Below, in pieces: positions 27,431-40,151 of a stretch of DNA of 64,000 bases (the first letter of the stretch is position 1; every line of letters starts with the position of its first letter). The stretch covers positions 143,902,001 through 143,966,000 of the forward strand of contig OZ024742.1 of the NCBI GenBank assembly GCA_964016885.1. Reading direction: 5' to 3'. The stretch comes from Eledone cirrhosa (Eukaryota). The position numbers and the translations under genes were made by a program. A model generated the notes under the pieces. That model was not told the origin of the DNA. It saw nothing but the letters and a program-made list of their open reading frames with translations, and searched no databases.

Positions 27431-30253
27431 TGTTTCTTTTATTTGCCACAAGGGCATCAAAAGTGGGACAAGTACAATGGGGGGAGTTTACAAAACAAGG
27501 CGTCCTCAATAGGGAGGAGGCAATAACAATATATAAAAATAAAATAAAATATAACAAAAAATAGAATTATAACAAAATCCTCAATAGAGGATTTTGTTAT
27601 AAAATATAACAAAAAATAAAATTTATAACAAAATCCTCAATAGAGAGGAGGCGCCTTGGGGGGTCGCACACACCCCCGAAAAAAGTGTGCAACCCTTTTC
27701 CTCAGGAGCACAGAGAGGGGGTGCTCCCTCGTTCCTTCCTCTTTTCCACCTACAGGCTCATGTAAAGAGAAGGCCCATTCACACGGGCCATTCTCGCCAC
27801 TTTCACCCACCTTTCATAAAAACGACTGGGGTGCAGCACCTCTCTCTCCATCCTGATCCTTCTTCCGAAATGATATCGGAAGAAACGGACCAGTTGTTGG
27901 CCAGAGAGAAAGGTGCCTGACCTCAGTCCTTTCAGACGCGTCCACCATACAACCTCTTTCGCCATGGCTATTACGCACAGAAACACCGCCTCTGCTTCAT
28001 CTTTGAAGGGGGGAGGCGGCTTGATCATTACAATAGACTCGGTGGTCAACCGGATCGGTCCCACCCTTGACAGCAGTTGTTCGACATAGCCCCACAGATC
28101 GGCTACGCCCGAGCAGTGTACCAATGCGTGTGCAACGGTTTCCTCGTCGCACACGCATCTGGGACAGATCTTTTTGGCGGGGTCCCTACCCGGGCGCCCG
28201 TGTCTGTAGAGCCTTTCTCGAACGGGTAAAGCTCCTCGGTAGCACTGCCAGGCCAGGGACTTCTGGAAGTTGTCCATAGGTCCCGGGCTGAATGTCCTAC
28301 CGAACAGGCTGGCCAGTTCGTCCTCCTCCATGTCTAGGGCTTCTCCGAGGGCGTCGTCGCACCTGCTGCGTACCAGCCCTCTATAGAATGTTGCGGTGGA
28401 GTCTCCACTGATAACCGGATCCGCCTGCCAGATGGCGGTGAGCGCCTGGGCACACTCAGTGTGCCAGGCGCCCAGTTTTCTCGGTCTTTGCTTGACCCAG
28501 GATTGCAGCTCGGTGAGTGAGACGAGTCTGGGAAAGGTTCGTCTCACAAACGAGGCCCACACCGGTTGTCCGGTGAGGAATACGTAGAGGTGCCGTAGCC
28601 TTAATGCGTGTTTACGCACCATTAGCCACGGCATCCCCAGCCCTCCTTTCGAAGGGTGTTGACAGCAGATGGATCTCCTCACCATAGGAGCCCGCCTCTT
28701 CCAAAGGAATTGGAAGAGCGCGCGCTCCATCTTGGTGAGGGTTTCCCTTGGGCAGGGCACTACGGTCAGGCGGTAGTAGATGACGGACGCTATGTAGGTG
28801 TTCGCCACCTCCGCCCGACCTTTCAGGGATAGTTTGCAACTGGCCCACTTCTGGGTCAGTGCAAACACCCTGTTCGTAACCTCCGCCCAGTTTTTCTCCA
28901 CCTGGAGGTCCGGTCCGAACCAGACCCCGAGCAACTTCACCGGGCCCTCCGTCCAGCGTCCGACGACGCCATCGGGGGGCATCGGTCTGCCCCTCCACGT
29001 GCCGAGTTGCAAACCGATCGACTTGTCCCGGTTCAGCTTAGCCCCTGTGAACTTTTCGTACTCCTCCAGTAAGGTGCCGACCGCCTCGATTTCGGAGGCC
29101 GTCGACACCATTACTGTCACGTCATCGGCGTAGGCCGACACCGCTTTCCGCAATCCCGGTTCCAAAGGGATGCCCTGCAACAACTCCAACTTCCGCAGTA
29201 GTGGCTCGAGAGTCAACACATACAGAAGGGAGGAGAGAGGGCACCCTTGTCGGATGGACCGCGCGATTTTGAACGGCTCCGAGAGGTAGCCGTTCACCTT
29301 GACCCTAGAGCAGATGCGGCTGCTGTGCATAGCAGTGATCCAGCCCCTGAAAACGGGTCCGAAGCCTGCCGCCGCTAGCACCGCATCCAGGTAACCATGG
29401 TCGACCCTATCGAACGCCTTAGATTGATCCAAGTTGATCAGAGCCCCACCAAAGCCGGGTTCGTTCCCAACCCTCTCTATGATGTATCGCATGAGGTGGA
29501 GGTTGTCATGGATGGACCTGGACGGGATAGCGCATGTCTGCGCATCTCCCACCAGGTTGCCCACGACAAGCGCCAACCTCTTTGCTAGCACCTTGGCCAA
29601 AATCTGTAACTCTGTATTTAGCAGAGTTATGGGCCTGAAATTATTTATATCGTCCCCCTTGTTCTCGTCCTTCCTCACTAGCGTGACTACGCCCTTGGTC
29701 ACAGTACAGGGAATTCTCCCGTTCTGTTGCCAGTTGCAGTAGACCGCCTCGAGGAGATCGGGGAACAAGTCCGGCATAGCTAGATATCATTCGTAAGGAA
29801 GATCATCGAGACCCGGGGATTTGCGTTTGCCGCATTGGCTCAGCACGTCCTCTATCTCAGCGGCCGAAATCGGCTCCTCGCAGGACTTCGCCTCCCTGTC
29901 CGAGAGGCGCGGCAGGCCGTCGAGGTATGGACCGAAGTCCACGTTCCCAACCGGCTCCCCGCCCCTCCCGAACAGTCGGGCAAAGTGCCTTTGAAAGGCC
30001 TCACACATCTGCTTAGGCTCAAGAATCGCCCGTCCATCCAGGTCTCGCAAAGACCGGATGGTGGATTTAGTTCCACTGTTGGCCTCTGTCACGTGGGCCC
30101 AGCTAACAGCTTTGGTCCCCTCGTTCCCTAGAGCACGTATTTTACTTCGGACAACGCAGCCTTCGTGCTTCGCGTCGAAAAACTGGCTCAAAGCCGTTCT
30201 CGACGCTAGCACTCTGGCCACGTCGCCGCTTCTAATTGCCTCTTCTACTCTAT
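27431..30253 (-). mobile_element. Tx1/L1-like LINE copy B, 5'-truncated and young
   Basis: ORFs 29787-30221 and 27750-29777 are in frame, split by one TGA; KSPGLDDLP, FRPITLLN, LDQSKAFDRV, SIRQGCPLS, AYADD, CPRC..ETVAHALVHC; (GATA)n on both sides. Confidence 0.95.
27750..29777 (-). pseudogene. Reverse transcriptase plus C-terminal zinc-binding domain of Tx1-like ORF2 (675 aa uninterrupted)
   Basis: Full set of non-LTR RT motifs; endonuclease domain missing through 5' truncation. Confidence 0.9.
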
Positions 30254-30340
<87 letters not shown>

Positions 30341-30755
30341 GTGGATCGATGGATAAATGGGATTCCCGGTTTGGACCAATTAGTTGATTATTCTATATAT
30401 ATTGAAGTAAATAGATAGACCACTTGCTAGATAGACAAGTAAGTAGATATGTTGGTTAATAGGTTAAAATCAAGATACCGAGGAAAACGTCAATGATCTG
30501 GTTCGGTAACAATTAGTCCATAGGAGAGTTTGGTAAGAATTCGGTAACGTTCTAATGAGATTAACTTTAGATGATCACTTACTTTAACAGTTGGCAATCA
30601 ACTTGAGTGAATTAACTTCTGGTGTATGATGAAGGATATAGAGGGCAGGATTTATTTAAGCATATTAACGTCAATGTAATATAAAGATTCCATATTAAGA
30701 GAACATTAAAAGAAGATATAATGAATAATTTTGTTAGCATTAAATTTATGCTGAA

Positions 30756-30970
30756 GGGTGGTGGATTGGTAATATTGGTAGAGCATCGGACACCATACTT
30801 CGTGACATGGAGGTGCGACCATATCACGTTCTGATTTCAGTTCCCACCGAGGTTAGCTTTGCTTTTCATCCTTACGGGGTCGATAACGTAAAGTACCGAT
30901 AACGCACAGGGGTCAATTTAATTGACTTTACTCTCTCCCCAAAATGTTGGGCTTGCGCCTAAATCAGAAA
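30756..30970 (+). mobile_element. SINE family A (older)
   Basis: ggtggtggattggtaatattggtag head; catccttacggggtcgata body. Confidence 0.85.
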
Positions 30971-31194
30971 TTGTTATATTGATACTGAAGAATCCATAGT
31001 CATTACACATAAACACATCGTATATGCATTCATATACACCTCTATTATGAATCACGCTGTGTTAATGCTATTGATAAATTAATCCTATTCGGTCAAGTTC
31101 ACACTATATGCAAATGAAAATCTTCAGCCGATGTTTTATACACAGAGAAGCATAAAAGCTATAAGGTTATTCTTGTTTCAGTACTGAGTGACTA

Positions 31195-31240
31195 AATGGT
31201 ACTGATGACGGATAACAATCCAGAAATACTGTCTGACATT
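31195..31240 (+). ncRNA. Degenerate minimal hammerhead motif
   Basis: aatggta-CTGATGA-c-ggat-aaca-atcc-a-GAAA-tact-GTC-tgacatt; helix I 6/7 paired. Confidence 0.6.
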
Positions 31241-31367
31241 TTCACATGACTACTGAGATAGGTGCCATCAATCACAGCTTAAAATAATCATTGTGAGATT
31301 CTTGTATGTTTATTATGCACAAACATATCGCATATCGCATATACCTTAATACACACACACACACACA

Positions 31368-31436
<69 letters not shown>

Positions 31437-31438
<2 letters not shown>

Positions 31439-31570
31439 GTGGGAGTAGATTTCTGAGTTGTGTCGGGAGTAACCGTAGTTAAAAAAAAGTACTCAATATA
31501 GTCATTTTTTATTTTATATAGAAATTACTTTTACAGGACTAAAACTGTTCCATTCGTATGAAATCATTAG
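31437..31570 (-). mobile_element. PLE 3' fragment related to 41560-41744
   Basis: Shares aaagtactcaata and tacaggactaRaactg; decayed hammerhead cut by the GATA/Tx1 insertion. Confidence 0.55.
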
Positions 31571-31592
31571 ATAGCTAGATAGATAGATAGAT

Positions 31593-34500
31593 ATATTTCT
31601 TCATTTTCCACAAGGGGGCAAAAAGATGGGGACAAATACAAATACATACATATAGTGGGGAGTTTACATACAGGCGTGTAAAGAAAAAAGAATTAATAAC
31701 AATAATATTAAATTTAACAATCGAAATCCCCAATAGGGGGTGGCGTTACACATGGGTTGTACACACCCCGAAAAAATGTACAACCCTCATCTCCAAGAGC
31801 ACGAAGAGTGAGCGCTCCTTTCCTCTCTTCCTCTTTTTCCTCAACCTTCAGGTTTAGATAGAGAGAAGGCCCAACCACTCGGGCCATCCTTGCCACATTC
31901 ACCCACCTTTCGTAAAATTTGCTGGGGTGCAGCGCCTCTCTCTCCACTCTGATTCTTCTTCTAAAATGATATTTGAAGAAGCGAACCAGTTGTTCGCCGG
32001 AGAGGAAGGTGTCTGACCTCAGCCCTTTCAGTCTCGTCCAAAATATAGCCTCTTTCACCATAGCCATTACACAGAAGAAACCCGCTTCTCCTTCGTTTTT
32101 GAATGAAGGTGGCGGTTTGATCGCAATAATGGACCCGGTGGTCAACCGGATTTGTCCCACCCGCGACAGTAGTCGTTCTGCATAGCTCCACAGGTCGATA
32201 ACGTCCGGGCAGTGTACGAATGCGTGCGCGACGGTTTCCTCGTCCCGCACGCATCTCGGACAGATCTTTTTCGAGGGATCCCTGACCGGGCGCCCGTGTC
32301 TGTAGAGCTTGTCTCGAACGGGTAGAGCTCCTCGGTAGCACTGCCAGGCCAGGGACTTTTGGAAGTTGTCCATCGGTCCCAGGCGGAATGTCCTACCGAA
32401 CAGACTGGCCAGTTCGTCTTCCTCTACGCCTAGAGTTTCTCCGAGAGTATCGTCGCACTTGCTGCGGACTAACCCTTTATAGAATGACGAGGTGGAGTCT
32501 CCACTGATCGCCGGGTCCGTTTTCCAGAGGACTGTGAGCGCCTGAGTACATTTAATGTGCCAGTCGCCCATTTTCCTCGGTCTTTGCTTGACCCAAGACT
32601 GCAGATCGGTCAGCGAGACGAGTCGTGGGAAGGCTCGCCTCACGAACGGGGCCCACACCGGTTGTTCAGTGAGGAATACGTGGAGGTGCCGCAGTCTGAG
32701 TGCGTGTTTGCGCATCGTCAGCCACAGCATCCCCAACCCTCCGTTTGAAGGGTGTTGACAGCAGATGGATCTTCTCACCAAAGGAGCCCGCTTCTTCCAA
32801 AGGAATTGGAAGAGCGCGCGCTCCATTTTGGTAAGCGTTTTACTTGGACAAGGCATGACGGTCAAGTGGTAGTAGATGACGGACGCTATGAAAGCGTTCG
32901 CCACCTCCGCTCGACCTTTCAAGGATAGTTTGCACTCGGCCCACTTCTGGGCGAGCGCAAACACCTTGGCCATCACCTCGTTCCAGTTTTTCTCCACCTG
33001 GAGGTCCGGTCCGAACCAGACCCCGAGCAGCTTCACCGGTCCCTCCGTCCAGCGTCGGAAGGCATCGGTTTGCCTCTCCACGATCCGAGTTGCAAACCGA
33101 CGGACTTGTCCCGGTTCAGCTTCGCTCCTGTGAACCTTTCGTATTCCTTCAGTAAGGTGCCGACTTTCCCGATTTGCGAGGTGCTCGACACCATTACTGT
33201 CATGTCGTCGGCGTAGGCCGACGCCGCTTTTCGCAATCCCGGTTCTAACGGAATGCCCTGCAGTAGCTCCAACTTCCGCAGTAGTGGCTCGAGAGTCAGT
33301 ACGTACAGAAGGGAGGAGAGAGGGCATCCCTGTCGGATGGATCGCGTGATTTGGAACGGCTCCGAGAGGTAGCCATTCACCTTGACCCTTGAGCACATGT
33401 TGCTGCTGTGCATGGCAGCAATCCAGCCCCTGAACACGAGTCCGAAGCCTGCCGCCGCGAGCACCGCATCCAGGTAACGATGGTCGACTCTATCGAATGC
33501 TTTAGACTGATCCAAATTTATCAGTTCCCCACCGAAGCCGGGTTCACACCCCACCCTCTCTACGATGTATCGCATGAGATGGAAGTTGTCGTGTATGGAC
33601 CTGGTCGGGATTGTGCATGTCTGCGCTTCTCCCACCAGGTTTTCGACGATAAGCGCCAGCCTCTTTGCTAACACCTTGGTCAAAATCTGTAACTCTCTGT
33701 TTAGCAGAGTTATGGGCCTGAAGTTATTAATGTCGTCCCCCTTGTTCTCGTCCTTCCTGACCAACGTGACTACGCCCTTGGTCACAGAACTGGGAATTCT
33801 CCCGTTCTGCTGCCAGTTGCAGTAGACCTCTTCGAGGAGACCGGAGAACAAGTCCGGCATTGCTACGTAAAATTCGTAGGATAGACCGTCGAGACCTGGC
33901 GATTTGCGTTTGCTGCATTGGCTCAGCGCGTCCCCTATCTCAGCGGCCGAAATCGGCCTTTCGTAGAACTTCGCTTCACCGTCCGAGAGTCGCGGCCTGC
34001 CGTCGAGGTATGGACCGAAATCCATAGTCCCTCCCTGCGCGCCACCCTGCCCGAACAGTTGTGCAAAGTGCTGCTGAAAGGCCGCGCACATCTGCTTCGG
34101 TTCAAGTATCACGCGTCCGTCTTGGTCCTTCAAAGACCGAATCGTGGACATGTTGCCACTTTTCGCCTCTGTCACTCGGGACCAGCTAACAGCTTTGGCT
34201 CCCTCGTTTCCCAGAGCACGTGTTTTACTCCTGACAACGCAGCCTTCGTGTTTTGCGTCGAAGAACTGGTTCAGGGCCGTTCTTGTCGCTAGCACGTTAG
34301 CTACGCTGCCACTCCTACTCGCCTCTTCTACTTTATCTACCAGTTCCTTTTCAGTCTTATTCCTATCTAACGCTAGTTCTTTACTAAAGCCTATCGATTC
34401 TAATCTAATTGCTCTCTTAAGAGAGCACCACCACCTGTTGTTGACAATTGCCCCCGTCAACTGCTGCTTAACTAAAGTGCTAATCCGACTACTGTATGCT

Positions 34501-35981
34501 TTACATGTCGGGAAATCTAGTCGGTATCTATCGGCCAGTTGAAATCGGCCGATTAACTTTTTGAGGCTGTTACATGTTACCGGACATGCTCCCACATAAT
34601 TCCAACGTGCATCTAGGATTCCATTCCAGTCCCCCACTAAAAGCAAGGAGCGGGACGTTCCCAGAAAAGTCTCCAGACGTTTGAAGAAGTCTGGCCGCGA
34701 TGTCCCGGATGGGGCATATACGGCCACCAGTCTGAAGACTCCACCTTCACTAGTGCTGACGTCCAGGACCACCAATCGACCCTCCGGATCCAGATGTACC
34801 GTCTGTGTCACGAGGTCCAGGTGTTTCCGCAGCAAAACGGCAACCCCGCCCCCACCTCACGGCTGACAGAGAGATGCGTAGATCTCAAAGTCGTCGAAGA
34901 TGGGAGCTAGCTGCCGCTCGCTGTGGATCCTGGACTCGCAAATGACTGCCACATCCATACTGTGTGACCTGAGGTCGTTTAAGAGTTTGCCCTGTTTCCA
35001 GGGCATCCCCAGGCCACACACATTCACACGTCCGACTCTTATATTGGCCATGTTGGTGAGGAAGAGTTAGAAAAGAAGAGGAAAGAATTCACTCACCTCT
35101 TCGCTTCCTGGAGAGCAGGCTGCACAATGTCCATGGGGGTGTCGGAGGGGTTGTTTGGTAGGGTGGTGGTTTCTGGCGGGATGGGGAAGGAGATGTTTGG
35201 TGAGGAGGGGTGTCTGGTGGGGTGGGGGTGTCTGGGGTGAGGGTGTGGAAACATTTTAAAAGGACGCGGTTAATGGGTTTAACGCAAGGATTACCCACGT
35301 CCTTAGGAAAGTTTTTCTTTAAAGACTTATAGGTGTTCTTAGGAACCCTAATCATATTTAAATTGGGTCTGTCTACACAGTTCGAAAAAGTTTTCCCTTC
35401 GGTGCAAACCGAATGGTCGTTGGAGATGACCTCCATTAAAGTTTTGTTTTCGCTGTTTATGTATATGTAATGTTCTTGGGTTGTGTTGGTTTTTGTCTGT
35501 TGTTCTTGTGTGAGCTTTCGTTTTGTTGAAGGTGTTTGTGTTTGGAGTGATGTCGTGGTTTTGTTTTCGGGACGGGAGGTTTTTGTTTGTAATGTTTGTG
35601 TTGTTTGTGTTGGTGGTTGTATGTTTGTAGTGATGTTTGTTGCTTTTTTGTTCTTGTCGTGTCTTTTCTTCTTTCTTTTCGAACGGAGAGGCTCTCCCTC
35701 ATCGTCACTTGGTGATGATGAGGGGGTCTCGTCCGTTGTGGTGTCTGTGTTATTTGGAAGGGGTATGTTTTGGGGAGCTGTTGTGTTTGTGGGTGTTTTT
35801 GCAGCGGTTTTAGGTGGAGTGGGGTTGGGTGGGACTGTGCTTGCGGTTTGGTTTGTTGTTCTTGTTTTGGTTATGTTTGTGTGTTGTTGTGTTGGTGGTG
35901 GTTGTGGTGGTGGTGGTGGTGGTGGTGGTAGTGGTGGTGGTTGTGTTGTTATTTTGGGTGTTGGCAGTAGTGTCTGTTTTT
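31593..35981 (-). mobile_element. Tx1/L1-like LINE copy C, near full length (ORF1 3' part plus ORF2)
   Basis: ORF2 starts at 35051 (MANIRVGRVNVCGL; VYAP, VGDWN), RT with AYADD, zinc knuckle; frameshifts and an internal deletion; (GATA)n on both sides. Confidence 0.95.
35089..35979 (-). pseudogene. C-terminal ~296 codons of Tx1-like ORF1 (P/T/K/N-rich, low complexity)
   Basis: Stop-free frame from the GATA junction ([40 protein letters not shown]), ending 37 bp before the ORF2 ATG. Confidence 0.75.
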
Positions 35982-36060
35982 AGATAGATAGATAGATAGA
36001 TAGATGGATAGAAAGACAGACCGAGAGATAGATAGAGAGATAAAGAGATAGATGGATAGT

Positions 36061-36134
<74 letters not shown>

Positions 36135-36159
36135 TACACACATACAAACACATATATTT

Positions 36160-36480
36160 ATTATATACTGCTATTAGCTGAAGATTAATTTGTCTTCAGT
36201 TAAGTTTGCTTTCTCTGTCCAATATTTGAATCGTGAAGTTTACAGCTTTCATATTTACATTGAAATTTGACATTGATCACCTAAAGCACGTTCTGTGGTT
36301 TGTGATTTCGTGTTGATGAGGAAGTTTTTCCTTTTGCTGATTTTGTAGTATATTCTAATTATGAGTTTGTGGTTTGGATCGATATATGATGTGTCTTGTT
36401 TTATGAGCTTTTTAATGACATATTCATCCATTCTATAAGTTCTTGTATAATATGAAATGTGTGGTTTGCGTGTTTTTTTC
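36160..36480 (-). pseudogene. Decayed Penelope-like RT-EN linker and GIY-YIG start
   Basis: Minus translation YRMDEYVIKKLIKQDTSYIDPNHKLIIRIYYK..NFLIN then, frameshifted, KFQCKYESCKLHDSNIGQ. Confidence 0.6.
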
Positions 36481-36683
36481 TGGGTGGTAATTCTGTTATG
36501 CTAGTATTAGTACACATGTCCTTGTATTCTTCTGTACGACAGTCTACTAATGTTACTTTAGACATAGAAGTACAACAAGGAGATATCGCAATACATTATT
36601 ATACATTATATGCAATTAAATTAGAAAAACGATAGTTGGTGAAATTATAATTCTTTATAGATTCTCACAAAAAAACAAGGAGA

Positions 36684-36852
36684 ATAATTGTTTCTACTTT
36701 TGGCATAAGGTCAGCAATTATCCCAGTGCATTACTGGTCCTTTATTTTATCGTAAGGATGAGAGGCAAAGTTAACCTCGGCGGAATTTGAACTCAGACTG
36801 TAAAGGGACGTAACTCTATTCTACAAAGCATAGCGTCCGATACTGCCAAATG
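36684..36852 (-). mobile_element. SINE family A
   Basis: Reverse complement of the family A consensus. Confidence 0.85.
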
Positions 36853-37431
36853 AAGGCTTTATTAATACCCTTTACCGATACTGCCAAATGAAGGCTTTAT
36901 TTATCTCGGAATGGTTTTGGTTTTGACCCACAACTACCGAGGAAGTCGTAAGGGCGCCATATTGACATACGGTGCTTCTTATGTATTTTAAAATCTGGAA
37001 GCACTCATCTCCTCTCCAATTCTGAACACAGCAGATTTTTTTCCAGAGAAGGATAGAGAGTGAGAGAAAGGGAGTGAGAAAGAGATACAATGGAAGAATC
37101 GACCCCAGTACCAGAATATAAACCCAAAATTAATTCACGGTTATAGCATAGGTGAAATCAATTAAAAAAATTCCAGGCTTGAACTGACGGGTAGATATTT
37201 TAAATCCGGTATCCATGATTTTTCTTAGTCCCATGAACCTTTGCAACCACTGCAAACCATGTGAACAACACGCCACTAATATTATCGTTTTTTATGCTGA
37301 ATATGAGGCTGTAAATGCTCCGAAAGTTTAACAAATGGACTTATGAATTTAAGAAAGGTATTGTTCTAATCCAAACACCTAAATATAAACGTAAAGAGAA
37401 GATAAGTAAATATAGAACATTAATAGAAAAT

Positions 37432-37625
37432 GGAGGTGGATTGGCAGTATCGGTAGAGAGTCGGACGTCATTCTTTGCTGCACAGTTACGTCCCTTTACA
37501 GACTGAGTTCAAATCCTGCCGAGGTTAACTTTGCCTTTCATCCTTACGGGGTCGATTAAATAAAGTACCAGTAATACACTGGGATAATTGTTGCTGGCCT
37601 TGTGCCAAAAGTAGAAACAATTATT
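37432..37625 (+). mobile_element. SINE family A
   Basis: Full head ggaggtggattggcagtatcgg; probable TSD attaatagaaaat. Confidence 0.9.
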
Positions 37626-37879
37626 AATAGAAAATCGAATAGGCTCCTATACGTCCATCCATCCACACAAAAAAAATGCTTTTTCCGTTTCGTCTTCTCA
37701 CTCTCGTCTATTTTCTACTTCTCTTATTTTTCTAATGAATTACTAACGTCTGAAACGTTAAGACTCTTTTGCGAATTTATCAAGCGTTAAACTAATAAAT
37801 ATCTACATTGTACTGTATCGTTTTGCCGTGTTGTTTATCCACTTTCTTTCGAGTGCGCGCACACACACACATATATATA

Positions 37880-38773
37880 TCTATATATATAAAACTGTGG
37901 TTGTCTGTCTGTCTATCGATTTTTGGCACACATCTCCTCTTAGAATCTCTCACGGAATTGCACCGAAATTGCTAGACTTGTACATTGAGCCCTAGCGAAG
38001 ACATCGGAAAAAAAAATATTTCAAATTCACCCACCCTATGTGACGAAATCGAATATAATGTATCGATTTTTGAGCGTAAGTGATCAGTTATTTCCCTTTG
38101 TTCTGTTTACATTGAGCGTCTGCGTGCAAAAATTAAAAAAATTACGCTGGCTTTCTCAGCGTTTAAAATGACATTAACACAATACACGATTTAAAGACTA
38201 CGTAAAACAAGCCTTTTAAAACAATATTTTTACTTGAAAACAAGTCTATTTAAAAACTACTTAAAACAAGCAAATATTTCGTAAAAAAAAGCAAAAATTA
38301 TATAAGTTTATATAAAATATATGTATCTGTAAATTTCGTTAGGCGTGCAGACAGACAGTCGTGCAGAGAGGTGATATAGGCGTGCAGACAGATAGTCGTG
38401 CAGAGAGGTGATATAGGCGTGCAGACAGACAGTCGTGCAGAGAGGTGATATAGGCGTGCAGACAGACATAACTGATAATTTGGTTACGCTAATGTTTTTC
38501 TCTGCGTTGCAGTGTTTACATTTTCGATCTTTGTTAATAAATAACCAGTGCAGTTTTTATCCCCAGCATCCTCTTTTGTTATAACATTCGGGTTATCGTT
38601 ATGTTTTCTTAACTTCATAAGGCATATTGTTGGTTGAGGGAATATTAATCAAAAACACCACATGCAAGTCTGCACAGTAGACACTACAGTTTTTAAGCCA
38701 AAAAAGAAACTTAACATTGTAACTTTAACACAGCTACTGAGCGACCCCGAGCAACGCCGGGCTTTACTGCTAG
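37880..38773 (+). mobile_element. Non-autonomous Helitron with internal 37-bp minisatellite
   Basis: 5' A|TCTATATATATAAAA..tgtctgtctgtc; 3' hairpin cccg-agcaacgc-cggg then CTAG|T; 37-bp unit x3.5 at 38341-38468. Confidence 0.8.
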
Positions 38774-39639
38774 TATATAATAAATCGAAATAAAATATAT
38801 ATAGTTCAAGATGATAAAAGACACGAGGACAATTACACAAAGTCTTACTAGTTTCACGCTTGTGGGAAAAGGAAAAAAAGAATGTCGTATCTATATATTC
38901 TTTGTTTATTCTTTATTCTATATTAATTATATTTTTATATTTACGTTTTTACTTCTTTGTCCTCCTTACCTGACTCTCCTTAACCTTAGGCCGGTGCTGT
39001 CAGTATCTATTAAATAAAATTTGCAAACCATTGTTTCTGACGATAGACGGCAGAATGGCTGTGTTTTTAGAGGCTAATAATGATTAATAGAGTTACATAG
39101 CTGCTATCGATTAGTCTACACATCTATTCATGTGTAGAAATGTTAAACATAGGTGAAGGAATATAAAAAAAAGTATTTAAAATATGTTAAATATGTTAAT
39201 ATTATGAAATCATGGGACAGTGTAAAACAAAATTCTGTACTGTAGAACATAAAATAATTTTGTTCTTAAAATATCCTAAAACAATTGAATTATATAAGAT
39301 GTTACCAATTAAAACAAGGATGAGTATTATAAAAATTAGTACACCATACTTAAAGAAAATTAGGATGGAAATATCATTATAAGCTAGATATGCCCTACAG
39401 ACAAGATTATACCGTTTCAATGGGGGAATCGGAAACTGAATTTCCTATTTTGCCATCAAACTGACGGTAAGTTACATCTAACTTATAATATAAATACATA
39501 CATACAGACATATATATATATAAATACATGCATACATAATGATGGCTGTAACTCGATTTCGAGTAATGCCAACGCTTGATACTTAAGCATGATGTGGCAT
39601 TTTAGTCTTACTAGGGACTTGACTATGGCCAGCAATAAT

Positions 39640-40098
39640 TCTATAATCAGAAGAAGTAGGTGTAAAAGCTAAACTCACTATCTTCAATTCGCTATTCGTA
39701 CTATGGTCGTGAATTTTGAGTAATGACCGAAAGAATACGATAGCCAATATAAGCGGCCGAAATAGGGTTCCTATAAAGGGTCTTTGGGGTAACGTTACTC
39801 GATAGAGTGCTTGGCTTGGAGGTCAGAGAGCCATTCCATGTAGAGCCGCCACTGCTCCGATACTACAGACATGTGTTCAGAATGTCTCAGGAAAGAGTTG
39901 CTGGACAGATTTTACAGGCAAAACAAGCCGACAGAAGACCCAGGGGTAAACCCCGAGCAAGATGGTTGGATAACATCCATGAGCTCAGTTACTCACGTTT
40001 GGGGATCCAGCCGGATCAGTTGGAGACGATTGCTTCTGACACAACCCGCTGGAAGGAGCAATTGAAGACTCAGCCCCTACGACCCTCTGAAGAATAAG
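39640..40098 (+). mobile_element. RTE-clade (Rex3-like) LINE 3' end
   Basis: MTERIR..AAEIGFL..VTLLDRV..RHVFRM..RRPRGKPRARWLD. Confidence 0.85.
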
Positions 40099-40151
40099 TG
40101 GGCGACGAAGATATACATGTGTGTGTATGTATATATACATGCATACATACA

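Noticed and set aside
29787-29789. In-frame TGA in Tx1 copy B as programmed readthrough or selenocysteine
   Set aside because: Copies C and D have Phe/Leu codons here, so it is a private nonsense mutation.
38341-38468. 37-bp and 50-bp (54811-54969) repeats as CRISPR arrays
   Set aside because: Contiguous tandem units without unique spacers, no cas genes, eukaryotic context.
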